Source of the DNA: Phycisphaerae bacterium
GTDB taxonomy: Bacteria > Planctomycetota > Phycisphaerae > Sedimentisphaerales > SM23-30
Direction: 5' to 3'
Assembly (NCBI GenBank): GCA_016342495.1
Contig: JAEIOG010000011.1
Location: 4,330-68,329 of the forward strand
Length of the DNA stretch: 64,000 nt
The notes under the pieces are model-generated. The model was not told the origin of the DNA and searched no databases. It saw only the letters and a list, made by a program, of their open reading frames with translations. Shown in pieces: positions 20,720 to 26,549 of this stretch; the stretch's first letter is position 1, and each line of letters starts with the position of its first letter. The translations under genes and the position numbers were made by a program.

Positions 20720-20983
20720 CGAGGTGGCCTGCAAAGCGATCAGCAATTCCTGCTCATTGGCCGGTTTTCACCAGGCGAGCTGCGCCTTGATTGCCCGGCA
20801 GGGGAAATTATTGCCATAGCTGATTTGCCAAAGGTCCCGGCAGGGCAGTTGGGTTTTGATTATGCTTGCCGCAGTTTGCTGTTAAGCTTATAATAGTTTC
20901 TTTGAAACCGGCAAAACTGATAAAGGGCGATATTATGGCATATAGATTCAAGTACAAACCCATCAGGCACACTATTTTTCTTA

Positions 20984-22093
20984 TTATTGCCCCTGCTGGA
21001 GTTGGTCCGGTGTCATTTCCTTTAAGAGCAAATCGGTATAGTCTTTGAAACTGGCAACTTTTGTTAACTGTGCCACTTTGTCAGTCCAGAAACGGCCCTG
21101 AACCTTATCAACGTTAACTCCCCAGCCATTATTGTACATACAGCTCATACACAGCATGGCTCCGAGATTATCTTTTTGGGCCATAGGCAGATATATATCC
21201 GCCGCTTTTTTGAACCATTGATCAGAAATTGCCAGATCTTTATCCACGCATCGGCCTAGAAGATAACTTTGCCCTAATTTATACATCGCATTGGCATCTC
21301 CCTTATCAGCCAGCATGGTTAACTGGTCAATTTTTTGCTCATACCAGTAAATAGACCTGGCTTGGTCATCGGAGTTTGTGCCACCTTCGGCAAATATTAT
21401 CCCTAATGCATCCATTGCAAAGATATCTCCCTGTTTGGCCGCCTTTTCCAGCCAGACTATGGCCGGATTATTATCTGTTTTAAGTTCAATGCCATTGAAA
21501 TAATTATAGCCAAGGCAACGCATAGCATAAACATCACCAGATTGGGCAGCTTTGATGGTCCAACTCACATATAACTCTTCATTTTTGCTGGTACCCAGCC
21601 CCATAGTATAACATTCAGCCAGATACATCATCGCACGGGCATCACCGGGGTCAGGGGCTGCTTTGGATTGGAGATAGTCTTGTAAGTTTTTTGTGAAACA
21701 CTGGGCCATATTATCAGTTTCACATTTGTTAAGGATATCAAGTAAGACCGCAGAACCGCTGTCTCCTTTGTCGATGGCCTTTTGCAGCCATAGCCCGGCC
21801 TGTACCTTGTTGACCGGGATATCGACACCGGCGATATACATCGAAGCTAACCTGAAAATATAATAGCAGGCATCCGGATTGCCAGAATCAGCAGTTATTT
21901 CCACCATAACAATTTCTTTAAGCTGCGTTTGCGATATGCCCGGGGCAATAAGATTTTCCGATGGCTTGATAAGAGTAATCGCCGAGTCATTAATAACGGG
22001 CTTTTGAACTTCTTCTTCGCTGGTACAGCCCCAGATGCATAAACATGTCACAAAAAATGCGATGATAAAAACAGACTTTGATTTGCCGGGCAT
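20984..22093 (-). CDS. Sel1-like repeat (SLR) lipoprotein
   Basis: This is ORF 20984-22126; ATG 22093 lies 5 nt after GGAGAG. It has a lipobox (IWGC) and repeated A..WL.KAA.QGD..A...LG..Y units. Confidence 0.8.
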   Translation of the reverse strand: MPGKSKSVFIIAFFVTCLCIWGCTSEEEVQKPVINDSAITLIKPSENLIAPGISQTQLKEIVMVEITADSGNPDACYYIFRLASMYIAGVDIPVNKVQAGLWLQKAIDKGDSGSAVLLDILNKCETDNMAQCFTKNLQDYLQSKAAPDPGDARAMMYLAECYTMGLGTSKNEELYVSWTIKAAQSGDVYAMRCLGYNYFNGIELKTDNNPAIVWLEKAAKQGDIFAMDALGIIFAEGGTNSDDQARSIYWYEQKIDQLTMLADKGDANAMYKLGQSYLLGRCVDKDLAISDQWFKKAADIYLPMAQKDNLGAMLCMSCMYNNGWGVNVDKVQGRFWTDKVAQLTKVASFKDYTDLLLKEMTPDQLQQGQ

Positions 22094-22151
22094 AGCTTCT
22101 CTCCTGAATAAGGGTTTAATAAGCAAATCATTATAAATAATAGCATTGCCG

Positions 22152-22179
22152 TTGACAAGAAATAATCAGATAATATTAT
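22152..22179 (+). promoter_or_regulatory. sigma70-like promoter with no downstream plus-strand ORF
   Basis: The layout is TTGACA, a 16-nt spacer, then TATTAT. It points into heptamer-armed hairpin element A. Confidence 0.4.
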
Positions 22180-22316
22180 TCCAGACTCTACTGGGGCCCA
22201 GAGGTCGCTGAGAACAGGCATAAGTAAATCAATATAAGACAAAGTTGTCTGCAGATTGGCATAGCCAGCTTTACTAAGACACAGATAAGAGCTGCTTACC
22301 AGCAGCGAAGATATAG

Positions 22317-22475
22317 AACAGGCAGAAATAAGTTAAAAGTTAACAGTGAAAAGTGAAAAGTTGTGGTGTTCGCTAAGCGCTCACGCTATTTTAAATTAGC
22401 ATCGCGCAGCGATACCGCAACTTTTATGCTTCGCATCTCTACGAGACACTATTAGTTTTTCACTTTTAACTTAAG
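22317..22475 (+). repeat. heptamer-armed hairpin element A
   Basis: The left arm is AGTTAAA AGTTAAC AGTGAAA AGTGAAA. The GC-rich core hairpin spans 22360-22421 with a TTTTAAAT loop and two G:U pairs on the plus strand. The right arm is GTTTTTCACTTTTAACT. Confidence 0.7.
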
Positions 22476-22485
22476 CTGTTCTTTT

Positions 22486-23097
22486 TCAAAGAACAGCTGA
22501 CACGGTATTACTTGCCAGAGCCACACCAGCGGGGTTAGTCGCGGTGACAGTATATTCCAGTTGTACGCCGCGGGGTTGATTGGCCAGATAACAATCATTT
22601 GTGAAGCTGGTAGAGACCTGGGCCCACGGGCTAAATACTCCGGCACTGTCTTCGCTGCGGCGGGCGATGATGTAATTGGTCGCCTTACCGCCACTGGAAG
22701 GTTTATTCCATTTGAAGCTGATGTCCCCGGGTCCCTGAGTGACAGCGACAAAGTCTTCGACCTGTCCCGGCGGCAATAGCGGGCTCGGAGCCGACTTGGG
22801 AGCCCAGCCAATTTCATAGAGATTGTCCGGAGTTTCTAAGTTATCAACTTCGGCCTGCTTGAGATCGGCCTTAATGGTTTTGTTCAGGGTCGCCAGCTTT
22901 TCATTTTTGGTATTAACCGCCTGCCGATAGGTGGCCTTGGCGGTTTCCATTGCCGTAACGGCGGTCAGATACTCACTTTGAGCGGTGCTCAGCGGCAGCG
23001 GATCGACATTGGGGAAGTCCGCAGCGTGGGTTGCTAATCCGCTGATGATTTTGTTTGATAAGACAACAATGTCCGACTCATTCTTCGGATACTTCAT
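22486..23097 (-). CDS. fibronectin type III domain protein, function unknown
   Basis: The 203-aa product has no signal peptide. It has a helical N-terminal half and a C-terminal FN3-like fold (ISFKWNKP..ATNYIIARR..YTVTATN). Its G+C is visibly higher than that of its flanks. GGAG precedes the ATG. Confidence 0.6.
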   Translation of the reverse strand: MKYPKNESDIVVLSNKIISGLATHAADFPNVDPLPLSTAQSEYLTAVTAMETAKATYRQAVNTKNEKLATLNKTIKADLKQAEVDNLETPDNLYEIGWAPKSAPSPLLPPGQVEDFVAVTQGPGDISFKWNKPSSGGKATNYIIARRSEDSAGVFSPWAQVSTSFTNDCYLANQPRGVQLEYTVTATNPAGVALASNTVSAVL

Positions 23098-23160
23098 GGT
23101 AAAACTCCATTAAAAAAAAGTAAATTATATTCAATAGCAACCAAAGCTATTGTTTTAATT

Positions 23161-23290
23161 ACAGGCATAAGGGAACTGGCAAAAGATGTAAATGTGCCAA
23201 AGTATGAAAGCTGGCTTTGACACCTGTTGACTGTTCACTTTTAACTGTTAACTTACTTATGCCTTTTGCCTTATGCCTTCTGCCTTCTTA
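23161..23290 (-). repeat. heptamer-armed element B (inverted relative to A)
   Basis: The reverse complement reads GGCAGAA GGCATAA GGCAAAA GGCATAA GTAAGTT AACAGTT AAAAGTG AACAG. The partner arm ACAGGCATAAGGGAACTGGCAAAAG lies at 23161-23185. Confidence 0.7.
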
Positions 23291-23523
23291 AAGTTTGTCA
23301 ATCAAAGTTGTTTTGCTCTATAAAAATTATTGGCAGAAATCCCCGGCGACTTTGAACCGATCAGAAAAATAAATTTGATGCTTTGCCGCTGCCCCCAACC
23401 GCCTGGCCCACAACAATAACCATATCAATACTGAAAAAAGCGATTCAGCTAAAACTGGTAATCGATAAACAAATAAAAAAAAATCTGCTGACTAAAACAA
23501 TTTTCTAAAGAATAGTCCCATAA

Positions 23524-23728
23524 GCAGGTTGAACCTGCACCCAGCAGGCTGAGCCTGCACCCGACTTACATAAGAATCACTGGTTGGCAAGTGCCATCGG
23601 CGTCGTTGCCGCCTGCATCAGCCAGAACGTCGCAGGCCGAGGGAAAATATTGATAAGCGGGGGACCTATTTTGTAGAGAGTTTGCATGCAAACTCTCAGC
23701 ATCCGGCCAAATGGCAGTTGCCAGAGAC
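23524..23728 (-). repeat. R195 element copy 1 (diverged, inverted)
   Basis: It aligns with the copies at 26001 and 26293. The shared blocks are TGGCCGGATGCTGAGA, the 22-nt palindrome, TTTTCCCTCGGCCTGCGAC, CTTATGTAA and the GCAGGTTCAACCTGC hairpin. Confidence 0.75.
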
Positions 23729-23930
23729 AAAAGTTGATCGACTTAGGACAAAAGTGAATCGACTAGAGACAAAAGTCAGTCGACTAGAGACAGAAGTCGA
23801 TCGACTAATGACAAAAGTCAGTCGACTAGAGACAGAAGTCAGTCGACTTAAGACAAAAGTAAGTCGACTTGGGACATAAGTCAGTCGACTAGAGACAAAA
23901 GTGAATCGACTAATGACAATAGTCGCCTGG
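23726..23930 (+). repeat. 21-nt tandem repeat, about 9.7 copies
   Basis: The unit is GACAAAAGTNNNTCGACTANN, with boundaries at 23726, 23747, 23768, 23789, 23810, 23831, 23852, 23873, 23894 and 23915. Confidence 0.9.
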
Positions 23931-24070
23931 AAAAAGGCAGAAGAATCAGGGAAAAAGTAAAAAGTTTAAAGGAAAAAAGCGGTAGCGCTACGCGCTTCAT
24001 TTTAAATAAATCAATGAGCCGCAGGCGAACCCCGCTTTTTTCCTTTTTCCCTTTGCCTTTTTACTTTCCA
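23928..24070 (+). repeat. heptamer-armed hairpin element C
   Basis: The arms are GGAAAAAGGCAGAAG..GGGAAAAAGTAAAAAG..GGAAAAAAGCGG and CCGCTTTTTTCCTTTTTCCCTTTGCCTTTTTACTTTCC. The core is GCGGTAGCGCTACGCGC..TTTTAAAT.. Confidence 0.7.
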
Positions 24071-24100
24071 CGTCCCCCTTGAGCCTCAAACAAATTAATC

Positions 24101-24129
24101 TTGCCCTATAGTAGCCCGGCGATTATAAT
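24101..24129 (+). promoter_or_regulatory. promoter of LRR paralog 1
   Basis: The layout is TTGCCC, a 17-nt spacer, then TATAAT. The same layout is conserved upstream of paralog 2. Confidence 0.55.
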
Positions 24130-24186
24130 AGTTCCATCGGTGACAGATGATTTTTGAGCAATGAACCTGCAATGGAGAGCAAAAAC

Positions 24187-24909
24187 ATGACCAAACAAGT
24201 GAAATTCAGCATTTTATTGACCATAACAGCAACAATAATGCTCGCTTTAACCTGGAATGATATCAAAATACCCTCAACGGCGTTCGATACGCCAGAAGAA
24301 GCCTATGATAAAGCCCTTAGCGAGATTGAAAAGGCCAGAGATAACAAAGATGCCGAGCTTAGGCTTGAAGAAAAGGGCCTGAGCAAGCTACCGGCGGAGA
24401 TTGGTGAGCTTGCTGAACTTCAGGAACTGTATATTAATTTCAATATGTTATCTAGTTTACCGCCTCAGATCGGTAAGTTGACTGCATTGAAATGTCTTTT
24501 TGTGGATGGCAACTATCTGACTGATTTACCCAGGGAGATTGGTCAGCTTAGCAACCTTGAAAGCTTGTCTTTTGCCATGAATAGAATTACTTGCCTGCCA
24601 GAGGAAATCGGAAAGTTATCCAATCTTAAATGTTTATGGCTTAGTGATAATTATATCAATAGAATTTCCTATGAAATCAGCCAATTGAAAAATATTGTTT
24701 GCCTTGATCTTCGTCATAATAAAATCAAAACCCTGCCAAGCAGTATTACCGAAATGAATATGGAGATTCTCTGGGAAGCTGACGGGGTAGCTAAAGGCAT
24801 AAACCTCTATGGCAACCCGCTGGAAGAGCCATCGATTGAGATTGTCAAGCAGGGTAATGCCGCTATTAAGCAGTATTTTGAAGATAAGTCAGAAGGCAAA
24901 GGGCAATAG
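24187..24909 (+). CDS. membrane-anchored/secreted leucine-rich repeat (LRR) protein, paralog 1
   Basis: It has about 23-aa LRR units (LxxLPxEIGxLxxLxxLxLxxN). The ORF track starts at TTG 24154. ATG 24172 is possible, but ATG 24187 lies 9 nt after GGAG and is my choice. Confidence 0.8.
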   Translation: MTKQVKFSILLTITATIMLALTWNDIKIPSTAFDTPEEAYDKALSEIEKARDNKDAELRLEEKGLSKLPAEIGELAELQELYINFNMLSSLPPQIGKLTALKCLFVDGNYLTDLPREIGQLSNLESLSFAMNRITCLPEEIGKLSNLKCLWLSDNYINRISYEISQLKNIVCLDLRHNKIKTLPSSITEMNMEILWEADGVAKGINLYGNPLEEPSIEIVKQGNAAIKQYFEDKSEGKGQ

Positions 24910-25040
24910 GGGTAAGTTGACAGATAAAAAGCGGATGCTTTGGATATTAATTCATTAATAAACGCAAAAGTCGCAAACGACGCAAGGGAGATTGGGTTGG
25001 ATATTGTGATTGCTTTAGCGTCTTTAGCGTCTCTTGCGTT
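24889..25040 (+). repeat. heptamer/nonamer-armed element E
   Basis: The module CAGAAGGCAAAGGGCAATAGGGGTAAGTTGACAGATAAAAAGCGG is homologous to the reverse complement of B and overlaps the last codons of LRR1. The inverted nonamer arrays are ACGCAAAAG TCGCAAACG ACGCAAGGG and CTTTAGCGT CTTTAGCGT CTCTTGCGT. Confidence 0.6.
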
Positions 25041-25065
25041 GAAAATTATCATAAATATATTAATC

Positions 25066-25094
25066 TTGCACGCTGGCGGGGCGGGTTTTATAAT
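25066..25094 (+). promoter_or_regulatory. promoter of LRR paralog 2
   Basis: The layout is TTGCAC, a 17-nt spacer, then TATAAT. The downstream 5' UTR, including CATCGGTGA.(C/G)GATG, is conserved with paralog 1. Confidence 0.55.
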
Positions 25095-25151
25095 ATTTGC
25101 ATCGGTGAGCGATGGTTTGTAAGCAATTAACCCTCAATGGAGAGTGAAAAC

Positions 25152-25919
25152 ATGGTAAAGCGAGCAAGATACAGCGTTTTGGTGGCATTATTGGCAGTTT
25201 TGATGGTTGGTTTAACTTCCTGCAATGGCGGGAAAGTTGGCAAGCAGGCTACTCCGGCGGCAGAAACTGTCACAGAAACCGCCGGGATGACCGCCGAAGA
25301 GCAGGGGGCCTATGATAGAGTCTTCGCTATGATTATAAAGGCCAGAGATGAGCATGCCAGTCGTCTGATAATTAATGAAAAGCACCTAAGCAGGTTGCCA
25401 GAAGACATTGGTGCCCTTACTGAGCTTGCGGGATTATTTATTGGGGATACAAATATATCCACTTTGCCGCCGGAGATCGGTAAATTGGCTGCATTAGAGT
25501 CCCTTCTCATCAATAACAGCCCGCTAAAAGCCTTGCCGAGGGAAATCGGCCAGCTTGGCAGGCTTGATACTTTGATGGTTAGCAATTGTCAGCTGTTAAG
25601 TCTGCCGCCAGAGATCGGAAATTTGTCCAATCTACGTCATATGATACTTGACGAGAATAAAATATGCAGCCTGCCCCGACAAATCATCCAATTAACCAAG
25701 CTTAATAGTATTGATCTTCGCGAAAATCAATTTAAAACCCTGCCGAGCTGGATTACCGAAATGAATATGGATATTGCCTGCCAGGTTCGTTCGCATCCGC
25801 AACTCATCAACCTCCACGGCAACCCGCTGGAAGAGCCACCGATTGAGATTGTCAAGCAGGGTAATGCCGCTATTAAGCAGTATTTTGAGGATAAGGGTGA
25901 GGAAAAAAGCGAAAATTAA
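25152..25919 (+). CDS. membrane-anchored/secreted leucine-rich repeat (LRR) protein, paralog 2
   Basis: It has the same architecture as 24187-24909. The ORF track starts at ATG 25137, and ATG 25152 follows GGAGAG. The last 26 codons before the short C-terminal tail are nearly identical to paralog 1. Confidence 0.8.
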   Translation: MVKRARYSVLVALLAVLMVGLTSCNGGKVGKQATPAAETVTETAGMTAEEQGAYDRVFAMIIKARDEHASRLIINEKHLSRLPEDIGALTELAGLFIGDTNISTLPPEIGKLAALESLLINNSPLKALPREIGQLGRLDTLMVSNCQLLSLPPEIGNLSNLRHMILDENKICSLPRQIIQLTKLNSIDLRENQFKTLPSWITEMNMDIACQVRSHPQLINLHGNPLEEPPIEIVKQGNAAIKQYFEDKGEEKSEN

Positions 25920-25972
25920 TTGAGAATTGACAATTGAGAATTGACAATGGCCGGATCGCTTCCGCTTTCTGG
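25899..25972 (+). repeat. element F with 14-nt tandem repeat
   Basis: GAGGAAAAAAGCGAAAA shares GGAAAAAAGCG with element C and overlaps the last codons of LRR2. AATTGAGAATTGAC is repeated about 2.3 times (25918-25948). The partner arm is CGCTTCCGCTTTCTG. Confidence 0.6.
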
Positions 25973-26000
25973 GTTTGATGATATGTTGGAAGGCTTAACT

Positions 26001-26195
26001 CATTTGACCGTTGTCTCTGATGACTGACATCTGGCCGGATGCTGAGACGTTGCATGCAACGTCTCTACAAATGTGTCACGGGCGTATTGATCTTTTCCCT
26101 CGGCCTGCGACATCCAGTCTGATGCAGCGCCCAACGGAAGCGGGAGCACCCACCGACCATGATCCTTATGTAATTTGTGTGCAGGTTCAACCTGC
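26001..26195 (+). repeat. R195 element copy 2
   Basis: This is a direct repeat of 26293-26488 at about 95 % identity by hand count. The palindrome GAGACGTTGCATGCAACGTCTC lies at 26044-26065. Confidence 0.9.
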
Positions 26196-26292
26196 CGGGG
26201 GAAGGTTCAAGTTGGGAGGGGGGTTATTTATCCAGGGCGTTGCCCTGGGCTAAGTTATATTAGCCCTTCGGGCCGCCGGAACGTCTATGTGA

Positions 26293-26488
26293 CATTTGAC
26301 CGGAGTCTCTGGTGACTGACATCTGGCCGGATGCTGAGACGTTGCATGCAACGTCTCTACAAATGTGTCACGGGCGTATTGATCTTTTCCCTCGGCCTGC
26401 GACATCCAGTCTGATGCAGCGCCCAACGGAAGTAGGAGCACTCACCGACCAGTGACGCTTATGTAATTTGTGTGCAGGTTCAACCTGC
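26293..26488 (+). repeat. R195 element copy 3
   Basis: This is a direct repeat of 26001-26195. Its terminal hairpin GCAGGTTCAACCTGC is followed by a T-rich tract (TTTGGTTTTTTCTTT). Confidence 0.9.
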
Positions 26489-26532
26489 TTTGGTTTTTTC
26501 TTTGTGAAATTTGTGCAAATTGGGTGCGAATC

Positions 26533-26541
26533 TGCTATAAT
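26533..26541 (+). promoter_or_regulatory. extended -10 element (TGCTATAAT) of mnmG
   Basis: This TGnTATAAT ends 8 nt before the mnmG ATG, and no Shine-Dalgarno sequence lies between them. Confidence 0.4.
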
Positions 26542-26549
26542 CTCCGGTT

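Noticed and set aside
20720-20983. A G+C-rich 260-nt gap with a direct repeat of CCCGGCAGGG (two copies about 45 nt apart), considered as a gene remnant or regulatory site.
   Set aside because: No frame gives a recognisable peptide and I could not identify a convincing structure. The evidence is insufficient to call anything.
23726-23930. Possible CRISPR array (regular short repeats).
   Set aside because: The units are directly abutting 21-mers with no unique spacers, and no cas genes are present in the window. It is a tandem minisatellite, not a CRISPR.
26017-26023. Hammerhead ribozyme core CTGATGA inside R195 copy 2.
   Set aside because: The heptamer is CTGGTGA in copy 3 and CTGGCAA in copy 1. 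No appropriately placed GAAA or stem arrangement is present, so the core is not conserved.
26011-26441. ORFs 26011-26253 (+) and 26250-26441 (-) within the R195 copies.
   Set aside because: The reading frames are not preserved between the three copies (indels and stops), there is no RBS, and the start codons fall inside the conserved palindrome. I treat these regions as non-coding repeats.
26001-26488. Template/variable repeat pair of a diversity-generating retroelement.
   Set aside because: The roughly ten differences between the two copies are not adenine-specific. Neither copy lies in the 3' end of a target gene, and no reverse transcriptase gene is present.
25920-26549. Chromosomal replication origin next to mnmG (gidA).
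   Set aside because: I found only one weak DnaA-box-like site (TTATCCAGG at about 26228). There is no cluster of boxes, no A+T-rich unwinding element (the region is G+C-rich) and no dnaA or dnaN nearby.
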